Shown: piece after piece, positions 14,667 through 28,108 of the stretch
Numbering within the stretch: position 1 is the stretch's first letter
Layout: the number at the start of each line of letters is the position of its first letter
NCBI GenBank assembly: GCA_013265495.1
Contig: MU058337.1
Span: 6,058,716-6,122,715, forward strand
Reading direction: 5' to 3'
Source of the DNA: Vicugna vicugna
Lineage: Eukaryota
Length of the DNA: 64,000 nucleotides
Notes under the pieces: model-generated
Seen by the model: only the letters and a program-made list of their open reading frames with translations
What the model was told of the DNA's origin: nothing
Database searches by the model: none
Position numbers and translations under genes: made by a program

Positions 14667-17049
14667 CTGTAAAAGCAGGAAATGAGACCCAACATTAATC
14701 CCATCAGCCATTGCACAATGTCTTTAGGGCAGTCATATATTGCACTACTGTCTCCTCTGATTCATTTAATGTTCAATTTTACAACCTTCTAACTCTTTTC
14801 ATTCAGAGAAATGTAAAATTAATACCATAAGTGGAATGTAAATTCTACCTCATCATTACTATATTAAGAAACTCAAAGCAGTTTGAAATGAGCTGGCAGG
14901 AAGCACTACCAGAATTGCCAAATGATCTGGTGCAGTTGCTGGAATTTAACGGCAGAATTTAGATGTTTACAATCAATACTGAATCATAAATCACATCATT
15001 AAAGCTTGTCTACAGCCAGCTTGTTCCAGTCTCTGATACTTACATGTCATGTTTTCCTCCTTTCTGTCAGCAGGGGGAGTGGATTCTCTATTGTTTGGGA
15101 GAGGCTCAGTAGATTTTCCAGAAATAAAAAAGTAAACTTCCAGTATCTATAGGAATTGCCAATTGTACCCCCCCAAAAGTACTTCAGTAATCTCCATTAC
15201 TTTTTCTTTCTTTTTTTTCTTTAATTTCACCCTTTTCGTCAGTACATAGTTTACCTTTACCAGTTATACCTTGGTAACATAAATTAAGATCTTAAATTCA
15301 ACGAACCAGCTAGTAGGGGGAAAACTTACAAAAAGCCAAGGAAACAAAATACATTCTAAAACAGTACAAGGCAAGAGTTTATGAATGTAAGGATTAGTTA
15401 CTGCTAAATATCAACCAGTGCTTCTAAACGGACAAAAACTTCCTTAAAATCTAAACCATTTGACTAATCATTAACTCTTACCTAACATGCTCAACATAGG
15501 GCACTCTTGATAGATTTCCCCAATATAACAGTAAAGAGAAAGCTGAAAAGGTGTCAAATCCAAGCCTCCTAGTAAATTTAATTTTTTTTAATACTTCAGT
15601 AACATAAACTAAACTATCACAGGAATGACAATAACATTTTGAAACCACTAGCTGGTAAGTGTGCCTGAATTTTCAGAAAATAACTTTAAAATATCAAAGT
15701 AAAGGCTGGTATTTTTTAAGCTTTTAAGCTAATACTTTAAAAATGTAGAGTGACCGTGTCACAATCCTTTCCCAAAATGGGGGGCGGGGGTTGTTTATAA
15801 CTGGTTCATTCATGTCTAATAAAAAAAAAATCTTCCTTAAAAGTCTTCAGTACCTAATAACATCCCCTGAATAAGGAGGTTGGCAGGGGAAGTTGTCAGA
15901 AAAATTTAATTTCCTTTCATTAGCCAGTCTGCTCCACAAATAGGTGCTTGTTAAGTTCAAAGCGGTCCTGAAAGCGACATCAGTTTTAAGTCTTTTTTTT
16001 TTTAACTCCAAGCAGTCACATCTGCTAATGAGATTTTCCAAATAACAATTGTTTTCAAGTCAGAGATAAATCTATATCTCCCATTCTACCCGCCCCCTGA
16101 AAAATCGAGGTTTACTGCTTTATTACACCTTGCTGTTTTCACTGACCCTACATTCTCCAAATTTTAGCTTAAAAATCCATGAAAAGGGTCATTTAAGAAT
16201 GTTAGTGGTTTCCACACATTGAGTTTGAAGGTTCTTTGTTCAAGCCAGTGACAGTTATTGGAGAATACTTCCCCTTAATAGCCTCTCTGTCAGGAAGTGT
16301 TAAACCTGCCAAATGCGGACAATTAGTGCCTCGCGAACAAAATACAGGAAGAGTGCTGGCTGATGGAGACTGGATTATAAGACGCTGAGAAGGAAACTTT
16401 TTAACATGTCTCTTCTTTCAAACGTGTAATAGTATATTTACAAAAGATATTCAAAGAGGGAAAAAAAAACTGCTGTCTAAAAGGTTCATTACCTTGAGAG
16501 AACCACCAGGCAAATGTTAGTTCCTTAGTAATATTTTAACATGTTTTTTATATATACACATTATGGATGTATGTGTGTACAGAGAAAGAGATATAAAATT
16601 TACAGAAAGCAAAACTTCTAAAAAGTCTTTAGAGGCCACAAATCCAACACTTCTATAAACTGCCACAAAACAATCCTGTCTTTTAACTTACTGGTATACT
16701 TAAGTTTTCTTACTATGAAAAGCAGACTTTACTAAATGAACTTCCAAGTAAAATCAAATTGTCTTAAAAATTTATTTTTCACTTGTCATTCGTCAACCCA
16801 AAATATTTTATGGAGAATTTATTATATAGTAGACATTAAAAAAAAAACTCTATTATCAGTTTCAACAATAAACTATTAAATATACCTGGCTCCAATATGT
16901 TCTTTCAGCACATTTAGTTTTATTATGAGGCCATTTACACTACTTCTAAAGAGATAAAAAAAAAAACCTATATAGCTCCAAATTCACTGGCACTAGCACA
17001 TCACATAGTGTAACTTCCCTGTAGGACTACAGGTAGAAAAAATTTTTGT

Positions 17050-17770
17050 AATAAAAAAATTGAATCAACAAGAAAAAGACCAACAATCATCAGGAAAAAT
17101 GGGCAACGGATTAAATAAGTTTACATAAAATGAAATTCAAAAAGACAACATAAAAAATGTGTTCAATATGTTTAGTCATAATTATACACATACAAATTAA
17201 AACAGTGAGACACCACTTTTCATCTACTAAAGTTTGATAACTGCCAGGAGTGGTGACCTGAAGGCAAACAAGCACCACTCTCACTGCTGGGTGGAGTATA
17301 AAATGGTGCAGTTGCGGGGGTGGGGGTTGCAATTAATTTTATTAACTCAATAATGGGTCTTCCTCCCAAAATTCTATAAAACATCATTCAAATGAGAAAT
17401 TATTATAAGTATGATTGCTCCATCATACCTTTCTTCTTTTAAATTTTTTTTATTGAAGTATAGTTGATTTACAATGTTGTGTTAATTTCAGGTTAGTTTC
17501 TTTTTAAAAAGAAATTGTCAGCATCTATCAAAGTTTGAGGACATACATTTTCTGACCCAGAAATTTCATTCTGGGGAAGTTATCCTATATACATACTCAC
17601 ATGCGTGCACAAGAAGAGATATATGTAAAGACATTAACTATTTTCAATTTATTGGTGGTGTTTTGGTAAGACAACTTAAAAGACCTTGAATAGGGAACTG
17701 GCACTGTAAATGGTACACATACTAAAATAGAATATGAAACAGCCTTTTAAAAGAATGAGATTGATCCATA
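17050..17770 (+). mobile_element. Old L1ME-like ORF2 end/3' region, with a younger ~50-bp L1 tail inserted at 17444-17492 (- strand)
   Basis: caaattaaaacagtgagacaccacttttcatc, ctgctgggtggagtataaaatggtgca, tgacccagaaatttc. The insert reads ttttttattgaagtatagttgatttacaatgttgtgttaatttcagg. Confidence 0.75.
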
Positions 17771-17784
17771 TGTTCTTATTCATC

Positions 17785-19870
17785 CATTTGTGCATTAATT
17801 CAATAAATATTTCGTGGGTGATATGACATGAAATCATTTTTGCCCCCACAGAACTTACAGCCTAATACAGAAAAGAGTAAACAAATCAACTGAGAATTGA
17901 AATAAATACTACAATGGAAACAAACAGTACAGAGAGAGAGACATAGAGAACCTGTTATAGACAGACTGCTCAGACAGGGTCCTTCCAAAGTAAAATTTAA
18001 ACTAAAATCTGACGATTCCAATAGCTGGCTGCCATGGGAAGATGAAGAAGAAAGAATTCTAGACAAGAGGAACAACATGGATGAAAATCTCGGATTAGAA
18101 ATGTACTGAAGCCCAGTAAGGAAGTGGCAGAAAAGGACAGGATGCAGGCCGAGTGGCAGGCACAGCCCGTGCAGACAGGGCCTCCCGGGATTCAGTCCAG
18201 TGTTCCCTATACCTTGGCTCCAAGCAAAAGGATGGCTTATGTTCAGGTTTAAGAAGATGATTCTTAAGATATGCAAAATATAGTATACATTGTGAGGGGG
18301 AAAGAAAGTTGTAGGATATGTATGTATGACTCTATCTACATTAAACAGAAAAATAAATTTGACTGCTCATAAAAGCTTATGTAGGGACATATTTTAAAAA
18401 CTCAGCTTGAGTTACTGCTCAACAATAGCACTGAGGGTTGGAGAAAAGGGGAACTATTACTTATCACTGCATACCTTTAGGGACACACTGAACTTTTTTT
18501 AACCATAAAGATAAAAAATTTTACTTCCTACTACTTTCATAATTTAAAAATTAAATCAGCCACACTTGAAGGAATTATTCGAATTACCTAATTAGTGATT
18601 TCCAGGGCACTAAATGTTATCAAAACAAAATATTCTTAGAATCTGCTTAAACTTTTCATGACTCCCCATTGCGTTAGACCCAAACTAAAATTCCTCAGCT
18701 TGTTTTCAATGCTTTATTCTGCCTGCCTGCCTGAGCCACCTGTCTCATCCCTAGTTCCTCTCCTCCTCACACTTGACTTCCCATCACAAAGCCTAGGCCC
18801 TCTCCCCAGCCTTCACACATCCTGCCCATTCAGCCAGAACTCCCTTCTCCTCCACCTCCTTTCACCAAACCAACTCTCCTTGCCTTATGTCACATACTAA
18901 GCCCTGAAGATTCAGGAGAAAAGGAGGGAACAAGAAAGGCACCATCACTGCCCTCATGGAATTGACAGTCTAGACGAAAAGACAGACTTTAAATATGACT
19001 GTACAGCAGCTAAGAAATCATTATCGAGATGCATGTTGCAGAAGTGAAAAAGGCATGTGACAACAGGGGATCTCTAATTCAAAAACAGAGTTCCAGGAGA
19101 TTTCTCAGATGTAGTAACTTTGAAAGGAGACCTAACAAAACACAGTCAAGGTGGCGGGGGCCTGAAGAGTGAGCCTACAGTAGAGTTAAACAAGGCCTCA
19201 ATGACCACCATAAAAAGAATGAACTTCAGCCAAGAGCAAAAATAATAAAATAAAATAAAAACACAAGGGGCCACACTCTGGCTGCTTTTGAAGAATTTTA
19301 GCATATGATTTACTTATCATTATTACTTTGTATATTCTCTACACTCTGTATCCTTGACCCCAGTAAAATGTAAGCTCCTAAAGGGCTAAAACCTCTGTCT
19401 AGTTGGTCCAAGGATATATATATATTTTTTATTGTGTTAGAGTCAGTTTACAATGTTGTGTCAATAAAGAATATATTTTAAATGCCTAGAACAGTGCCTG
19501 GCACATTCAAGAAACGGCTGTTGAATGAAAGAATGAACAAATGAGTATTTTAGAAAGAGGTGAGAGGGATGTGAGGAGTCCAGCTGGGAAGCAGTAGTCT
19601 AGGTGAGAGAAAAATTACCATTTTCTCTTAACCTAAGGGGAGCATGTTTCAAGTTTCAGCTAAATGTCACTTTCTTTAGAAAGCCTTTCCAATCCTATTC
19701 CAGGTTAGGCACCACTGCTATGTGATCACATTACACTCTGTCCTTCAATTATGACAGCCCCTGTCACACTTAATCTCCATGAGAGCAATGATCAGCTCTC
19801 TCTTGCTCTCTACTGAATCCCCAGAGCTTAGCAAATCGGCACAACCAACACATTATTTGTTGAATGAATA
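17785..19870. mobile_element. Cluster of L2 fragments in both orientations
   Basis: cattaattcaataaatattt (minus end, 17793); gcctagaacagtgcctggcacattc...ttgaatgaaagaatgaac (plus end, ~19540); ttatttgttgaatgaataaac (plus end, ~19870). Confidence 0.7.
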
Positions 19871-20335
19871 AACAACTATCCATCAGCATCCACAGAAATA
19901 AGTTCGTGGCAATAAGACAATCTTCTAAATGACGTACTCCAATGCCAACAGCACTACTCATCTCAGGAGCATCAACATTAGAAGTAAGTGACCCTATATC
20001 CAAGGAGATGTAATGGCTTGTTCAGATTCACAAATCTAAGTGATATACAGCAAGGAAGTACCAGGCAGTAGTTCTGAGTAGGGGTTCAAGAACCAGATGG
20101 GCTTGAATTTTGCTTCACTTTAAAACAAAGTACACTTGAAATATTGTTGACAGTGGGCAAAACCAAGCCCAATATTTACCTTCATTTCTTTATTCTCAGT
20201 CAAGAACTTTCTTCACTGTATCATACAATTTCAAATTTTGAAACTTAAGTTTCACAAAACCTACTCTTTAAAAAAAATACATAGTGCTACCCAAACAGTA
20301 ATTTTTTAAATAAATATTTCATTATTAAAAAGTCA

Positions 20336-20440
20336 GGCAAGAGGGTATATAGCTCAGTGGTAGAGTGCATGCTTAGTATGCATGTGGTCCTGGGTTCAAT
20401 CTCCAGTACCTCCATTAAAAAAATTTTTCTTAATAAATAA
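20336..20440 (+). mobile_element. tRNA-derived SINE of camelid (vic-1-like) type
   Basis: gagggtatatagctcagtggtagagtgcatgcttagtatgcatgtggtcctgggttcaatctccagtacctcc has a Pol III A box (tagctcagtgg), a B box (ggttcaatc) and an A-rich tail. Confidence 0.85.
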
Positions 20441-21689
20441 ATATTTAAATATTTTCTAAAAATTTAAAAATACACATAAAAAATCACACTTTACATGGCA
20501 ATAAGTTTTCAAAATGAAGGGCCACAAGTTTAATTTATACTAAAAAATAATAGAAAGTAGGTGCATTTCAATTTACAGATATTAAACTTTATTTAATAAA
20601 CATGTAAAATAAGTATTGAGCCTTATTTTACCAAATACATTCTGCTCTTTATTTATATAAGACAAATCTCTTTTAAGCAAAACATCATTACTTCTTCACA
20701 AATTCAACTTGGCCATATTTGAAGAAAAAGCAGAACTGATTCTGCTTAACACTCTTACGTTAGAACATCCTCAAGAGAGTTTTCCTATCTGTCAACTATA
20801 TGACATACAACATATTAAAATACTAAAGGGAGTAAAACAGCAAGATCTGTTCAAATATTGTCCAATACATTAATATTCTATAGTTTATATTAATAATAAA
20901 GTATTTATTATACATTTTAATTTTCTTAAGAAAATTTGTGACAAGTAGGACAATAATCCTCTGAAAATCGAAGTCAAATACAAAAATTTCAACAGAAGGA
21001 ACAAAACACATTTGATGCTACTAATTCTTTATACAATATTCAGTTGAAGTATTTAGAATATTATTTGCATTTTCCTATCAAAAGTAATAAAATTTTAAAA
21101 ACACAAAAAGTAGAAAAATAAAAGAAAAGTATATTAGAAATAATATTCCTGATGGTTTCAAACCAGGAGGTAGGAAAAAGGAACAATGTAATGATATCAC
21201 TTGATTCTATTCTGCTAAACAATAAAAATACCTGTAATGTCAGCCTGTCTCTAAGGAAGCCATACTCAGGTTCTGAAGCTGTTTAATGCTTGGAAACACT
21301 GATGAGGAAAGAGCTGAAGGAAAGTATTAAGCTGTACAATTCCAAAACAGCAGTTCAAGAAATGAAGAAAGAGGATACTGGTAATCATTTCCATTACTCT
21401 CTTATTTCAGCATAACTTACATTAAGTGCACTCCATCATCCAACCCAAAAGTAAGAGTGAAAATTCTGTTTTACAGAGAATATGATGGGAGGGGCAGGTG
21501 ATGTTGCTCCAACCAAACAAGTACAGAACAAAAATGTAAAAGAGAGCTAACAAAAATTGGGTCCCTTATGTGCAAGGCCACCTTACTTGTTAATGGTCTA
21601 TAGCACCCATCTGTGAGGCAGCAAAACCCAGCACAGGTATCGGAGGCCAAAGGCATATACTCCAACACTGGCTCAGTGACAGTAAATGC

Positions 21690-21820
21690 CTTACCTACCA
21701 GTATGCCTCTCTGGCATTAGGTTTTCTCATCTGTAAGATGGACATAGTAACAGTATCTCACAGGGTTGTTAAGATGAAATTAGTAACAGCTGAAACACAC
21801 TAAAACAGAGTCTACATCAC
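21690..21820 (+). mobile_element. MIR SINE
   Basis: ttttctcatctgtaagatggacatagtaacagtatctcacagggttgttaagatgaaattag. Confidence 0.7.
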
Positions 21821-22849
21821 TGTAGAAATAAATTAGATGTTTAGTGTCAGGGAGAACTACTTGAATTTGCCTGTCTTTGTTATAGATTTTGCTTCCCTTC
21901 CCTGTCCAAGAAGAACCCTGCTCATCAGCTACAACGAGTGCACAGATCATCTGATGCAGTGAAGTCCACTTTGCAGTTTTGTAGTGCCATTACTCGTTCT
22001 GTATCCTACAGGTTCAGGGAATGAGTGATGACCACAGCATATACCAACCAAGGCCAGGCAGGAAAGGAACAAACTTGATAGTTTTGTGGGGTGCAGGCTC
22101 TATCAGATTGTCAAGCTTAACTGAGTGCTTAGTGTTTGCTAGACTCTGTAAAAGCTCTATCTGTACACAAAAAGCATCATCAAACTATTCTGCATTTATA
22201 AAATAAAGCAAAACTTTCAACATCCTGGATTCAAGAAACAGGTTCTAGCCGATTGTGTTTTCCAGATAACTCCAAGTCAAATAGACTTCCTGTTAAACGT
22301 ATTTGCAAATCTTTCAAACATTTAGTATATGTTTTTATAACTGTAAAAAAGCATAGTAAACGCACTTGAATCTTTTTTCAAAAACATAAAGCCTTTGAAG
22401 CATCATCTGTAAAGCTATTCTTAGTTTAGCAGGGGAAAAGGATACTGATGTCTAAGATTGTACTTTTTAATTACTAGGACAGCTTGTTGATTTGGGGGGT
22501 TTTGATTTTTTAAATAATTCCCTTCACACTAGTTTTTTGGTTTTGTTGTTGCTGTTATTTGGCTTTCTGCTAAAGCAAAAGTACAGTTTTTAACATCTGG
22601 CTAATTAGGTGATAAAAACAATCACTACTCTAAGCTTACATTGTATAATTTACAAGCTTTATTCAACTACATTACCATACCATACATTCTGAAAGAACAA
22701 ACATTACTATCTCTCTGGAAGAGCAACAGGAACTCAGATAAGTTTAATAAATTTCCCCCAAAAAACTGGTAGGTATTAGAACCATATGCAACAATTTAAT
22801 CATTGTTGATTCCTCCCTCGGCTTCACACCTGACATCTAACAGATCACG

Positions 22850-23500
22850 TAATCCTACAGATTCAACTTCCACTATCTCCACACCTTCTACTTTGCTCCA
22901 TCCTAATACCTATTTTAGGCCCCTATCGTTTCTTGTTTCTTGTTTGGATTAAAGGAAGAGCACTCTAATTTGTCCACCAACGTCAAGTTTTGCACGGCTC
23001 CAATCCATTTTCCATATCAAATCAAAGTAAATTTTCTAATTCCACAATATTATCATGTCAATTCTTCTACATGAAACCATTCAGAGGTTCCCAAAGCCAC
23101 AAAAATGACCTCCAAACCCAGCTGCACAGCACTGGAGACCGTGCATACCTGGATCCTAAGTTCCTCTCCAGCCTCTGACTTCAGCCCCTCACACTGCATA
23201 CCTGCAGTTTTCTAAAGCTCCCATGGTCTCCCAGATCCAAGCTTTTACAAGATATTTTCACTGATCACAATACTGTCTCTCCATAATTATCTTCACTTTT
23301 TAGCTAACTCATCAGACTTCAGGTATCACTTCCACTGGAAGATCTGCCATGACGTCTTCAAACTAGGTTAGTGTCGCCCCTACATGGGCCCCACACACTA
23401 GAGCTTCATACTATTAAAATGTATTAAACTGCCTGTCTACTTGTAGGTCTCCCTAAGGGGACTTGAAACTCTTTGAAATCCGTATCTGTGGCTTGTTACT
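22850..23500 (+). mobile_element. L2 fragment
   Basis: Pyrimidine-rich L2 3' body, e.g. tcaggtatcacttccactggaagatctgcc and tgcctgtctacttgtaggtctcccta. Confidence 0.55.
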
Positions 23501-24899
23501 CTTTGGTAAACAAATGGGCTGGGATTCCAAACCCTGTCCTCCACAGCTTCAGATGAACATTCTTCACTCTGCTCTAAAGTCCCTGAGATCAAGTTAGTAA
23601 GATATTGAATAAAATGAAACTTGTTAAAGGCAAATACTCGATACCAGATGACTACTTGAAATACTACTTGAATACCTGACTACACAAATTACACTTTAAA
23701 AAGACATTAGTTTCTTTCTAATGAAAAGGGTTACTCAAGAACAAAAGGAAACCATTCCAGAAGACTCCTTAAGTACTACACACAGTGTTTTAAAAGAATG
23801 TGGTAAACCATCTCCATTTAACCTCCAAATAACAGTCTAAATATTCAAAAGGAAAAGGAACAAACATTTCGGGGAGAAATGTAACAAATTGAAACCACAT
23901 TAACTTACCTAAGTGCTTGGGAGGGGAAAAAGAAGTAGAATATAATATAGTTGCCAAGAAAAAGAACCGGCCTAAAAATACCACAGGCTAATTAAAGAAA
24001 AAAAAACCATCGATATTAAAAAGACGGAATTAACTATAATTAGCACATACACTCTTCCAATGTAAAAGTATTGCTTAATGCAGTTGGTTACAAAAATCAC
24101 GCAGTATTCCAAAAATTTACACTATTTGCATCAGCAAACTTCTATCTGCATAGATAGTCTCAAAAGCAATCTTTACCTAACAAATCTAAACCACAAAATG
24201 TGAAAAATAGTGTAGTTCCAAATGGATGTGGAGTTGTTATACAAGAAATTTTAAATAACCAAATTTAAAAGGACAAATATCTATATCCTCTTATATCAGA
24301 AATAAAGGCAAATTAGAAATAAAACTAGCATTAAAATTTATCAGAGAAACAAAAGAGCATCCCTTAAAATTATTTTTAAATGCTTATCTGAAAACTATAT
24401 CATGCAGGTTCAATTGTGGCTTGAACAGATTCACTCAGACAACAGCTTCTAGGACTATGTATCACAGTTAAGTTAACACAGACGAGGAGAATCTATGGTT
24501 ATCTGAGAGTGTAACAGTGTCTTAAAAATCACGTAAAACATACAAGGAGACAAAAATTGAAAAGAAAAGTGAATTTATTTTCTTATACTTTCTACTCTTT
24601 CCTATTCTTCAAATTAACAGAGGTTGGGAATTCAAAAATGTAGATTGTTAAATGCAGCCTCCCTGAAAAGATAACCAAAAAACATACTGACCAAGCAAAA
24701 CCAAGTTTATTACCTATTACAGTAAAGGGTGCCATCACTCTGAGGCAATCTTGGAGGTTCCACTGAGAACTGTTCAAGACTCGCTGAAAGCCACAGTTCA
24801 AGATCCTAGATTCAAAACCAGCAAAGACCCCCTGATGCCCACTGAGCCCCCTAGTCAGGGGTTTCCCCATGCACAAAGGTGAGAAAAGTCCCACATTGG

Positions 24900-27358
24900 G
24901 TATAGCTCCAACTTTCTCTTCAGGAAACTTAGAAATGAGGAACCCTTTGACTTTCTGATCAGATTTGAAAATGCTTATTATTGAAAGAAATCTTCTTTAT
25001 TACTAATAATACCTTCTTTATTTAGTCACAAAATATCCTCAACACTTTTTGTTTCAAGTCCATAAGACAAAGTTCATATGGAAGAAGATAAGCATAGGAC
25101 CTGTAAGTCCATCTTCATGTCGGCTCCATAAAGTTTAGAAGGTTTCAAGGGTATCCAAGTAGGGCAAAATCTGCCTTGAAACCCGTATCAAAACCTTGAG
25201 AATTTCCTGTCTTAACTTATTTTTTGTCCATGGGAGTCTGGGTCTGGGAGAGCTCTCTCTTCTAGATGTTAAACCACCAAGGCACGGCACATTGTCAGGT
25301 TTGCAGGTACCGATGGCTAACCGTTCAGTTGAGGGCCCAAACATGAGGTGTACAAACAACATATCTGAGGCCATTACAAGACTCCCACATATAGGTTTGT
25401 CTCAGGCTGTCTGTGCAGTGAATCAGACTACTTCTCCTAAAATGTATTAAGTCTGTAAGTCAAATTCATGTTCTTATCTTTCTAGATGGCACAATTTCAT
25501 CGAGGATAACTCAGAATTATAGTAGACTCTTTTGTAAGCTTTTGGCAAGAATGGTTCATTTGAGAGGCACCTTAGGGAAAAACAGGGAAGCATACTCTCG
25601 GACACCAAGTGTTCTACATTTTTTTATTAACATGAGGAAGCTTTCAGAAGACATTCAAATGCCAAAATTGTTTCTTTGTGAAATTTACAGGGAAAAAATA
25701 AGTTCACAGGGAAAACCAGGTTCACAGGGAAGAGGAAAGGCATAGGAAAAGCCAAATTAAAAAATGTGAACTTAAAACTCTCAAACCTAATGATCTTTAT
25801 CATGCTATTCCTTTTCCTCCATTCTATGCTCCTCCACTTTCCCCTGCTCTGCCCTTTCTTCTTCTGACCTGTTCCCTCTTTCTTCTGGATGGCCAAAAAC
25901 TGTCAAAGCAGTATTACCTTTTAAAATGAAGACCCTAAAGAATAAAGCAAGCCTCTATGGCTGAAGTTAAAGCCTTGGTCTCATTGTGAAATGAGAGGCA
26001 TTACCAAAGACTTCCCAAAGCCTACACAAAATAAACAGAAATTTACAGAGAAATTGAGGGTGTTCTACGAATGTATAATCTAGGATCCCCAAATTTGTTT
26101 CAATTGGTTCATACTACTGGCAAGAACCTCAGACAGAAAATACTGGATTAAAGGGGATAGAAGGAAGACCTTGAGAGGGATTTGAGATCTCTAATCACAC
26201 AGGAAACCAGAGAAGTTCAGAGAAACTGTAAATGATGGACAAGGTCCTTGGGAGGCTACCACCAAAATCTGTCTTGTGAAATTAGGCTGGACTCCAGTTG
26301 TGCTGACAAAAAAAGAAAAAAAAAAAGGATAAGTCTACTGGAGACTTCAGAGATGGGCTCTTTAATATCTCTAGACAGGATTCAAAAGGAGACCCTGAAG
26401 CAGTTGTGACCCCAGCTTTCTCTTCACTTATTGTGAGTAACCTTAAACCAGGAATGGGAAATTTTACAAACAAAAACTGAACGGGAAATAGCCACACTGT
26501 CAGATCTTCAATTCCATACTCTACAATTTGAAAGAGCCTCAAAACAAAAGCAGAATAAGACCCAGAATAAACTAATGACCTTATACATAAAACTAGATGC
26601 TCCCACTCCAGAAATTAGTGTCTTCTGATACAGACACCTGCAGATATTGTAGCGGAAGTGACAACAAATAAACAATTGTTCTGTATTGGACAAGAAAATG
26701 AAGAAAAAACTATCATAGGCATTGTTCCAAAAATGAATTGAATACCCATTTCCCATTTTACCTATCAACATCAAAAGGAGAAATTTCACTAATTATTAAT
26801 TATTGATACAGGAGGTACACTTTCAACCTTAAATCCTGCCTTTGTTACACAACTTCTCTCTCTCAGTGTCAAGAAAGCACTCAGATAATGGGTATCTCTA
26901 ATACTCTTCACATTTCCCATGTCCCAGCCCCTGTCACCTTTGGACCTTTATTCAAGGAACATTCCTTCCTCCTACAAGACACCATATTGTATTGTAGATT
27001 CTTTCTTATGAATCTACAATACAAACAATTTCCAGATCAAACGCTCTCCTAACGACCTCTTTCTTGAACTCCTGAGGACTCTGCTTTTCATCACTAAGAC
27101 AGAATTGGAGCTCTGACTCATCACTACCCCTGTGACTAAATCAAGCCCAAACTGAAGATCACAAGAAGGCTAGATTTCTTATTAGTAAACAAAAACAAAA
27201 ACAAAAACAATTACCACTCGCAGAAATATTAGGGCAGCACAGATGAAGGTTCATAATGACCCACCTAAACCGCTATCTAAACTCTCTAAAATGAGAATGT
27301 AAAAAGACTAAAACCCAACAGTTGACAGCCTAGTAAAGAAAAGACTTGTCATACTCTG
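24900..27358 (+). mobile_element. Decayed endogenous retrovirus internal region (leader-gag-pro-start of pol); 5' boundary uncertain
   Basis: 26793-26837 reads LLIIDTGGTLSTLNP (aspartyl protease DTG at 26805-13). It is followed by QIMGISN..SQPL..FGP..HSFLL and then a VDSLVKKRLVILC-like RT N-terminus near 27320. A proline-rich gag-like tract lies at ~25810-25860. Confidence 0.7.
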
Positions 27359-27359
27359 C

Positions 27360-27840
27360 TCAGAGTCTTTCAAGGGTGCAAGCAAGGTATGGGCCAGACT
27401 GCATCTTCATTTGGAGGCTCAACTGGGAAGAAATCCAAGCTCAGTCAGGTGGCTGGCAGAAATTATTTCCTTGTGGCTCAGTGACTGAGACCCCACTATT
27501 TTGTTGATTCTCAGGAGATCACCCTCAGAAGCTGTCTACAGTTCACTGCCATGTGGGTTTCCTCAATATGACTGCTTTCTTCATCAAGCCAGCACCTAGA
27601 ATCTGTTCTCCAGTCACCGAAAATGGAGTCTTCTATGATGAAACACAATCACAGGCATGATGCCCAACCTCTTTGCCCTATAATGTAACTCAGTGCAGCA
27701 ATATCCCATCACCTTTGCTTATAACATAACTAATTAAGGAAGTGACATGCCATCACCCTTTGCCATATTCTGTTAGTTAGAGAAGTTAATCACAGGCTCT
27801 ACCCAAACTGAAGAGGAGAGGATTACACAAAAGCTTGGAT
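27360..27840 (-). mobile_element. MaLR LTR (MLT1-like)
   Basis: ggaggctcaactgggaagaaatccaagctcagtcaggtggctggcagaaattatttccttgtgg...gccatattctgttagttagagaag...gaggagaggattacacaa. Confidence 0.8.
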
Positions 27841-27842
27841 GT

Positions 27843-28108
27843 CTGGCAATGCCTCAAGAAGTTAAACAGAATTATCATATAACCCAGCAATTCCTCTCCT
27901 GAATGTACACTCAGAAGAACTTAAAAAAGGTATTCAAACAAATACTTCCAAAAAAGAAGTTCACAGCAGCACTGTTCACAATCACCAAAAGAGAAATAAT
28001 TCAAATGTCAACTGAAAAATGGTTAAAACAAAAAAAAAAGTGGTATAGTCACACAATGGAATATTATTCAATCACAAAAAAGAATGAAATACTAATACAT
28101 GTTACAAC
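27843..28108 (+). mobile_element. L1MB-like ORF2 C-terminus/3'UTR fragment
   Basis: aagttaaacagaattatcatataacccagcaattcc. ORF 27903-28130 (FTAALFTI..WYSHTMEYYS..KKNEIL) is an L1 remnant. Confidence 0.9.

Noticed and set aside
17800..18276. Longest ORF in the track (158 aa)
   Set aside because: It lies in an L2 remnant, has a non-ATG start and shows no recognisable domain.
20341..20413. Possible tRNA gene
   Set aside because: It has an A-rich tail and a related diverged copy at 48.4 kb, and its stem pairing is imperfect, so it is better explained as a SINE.
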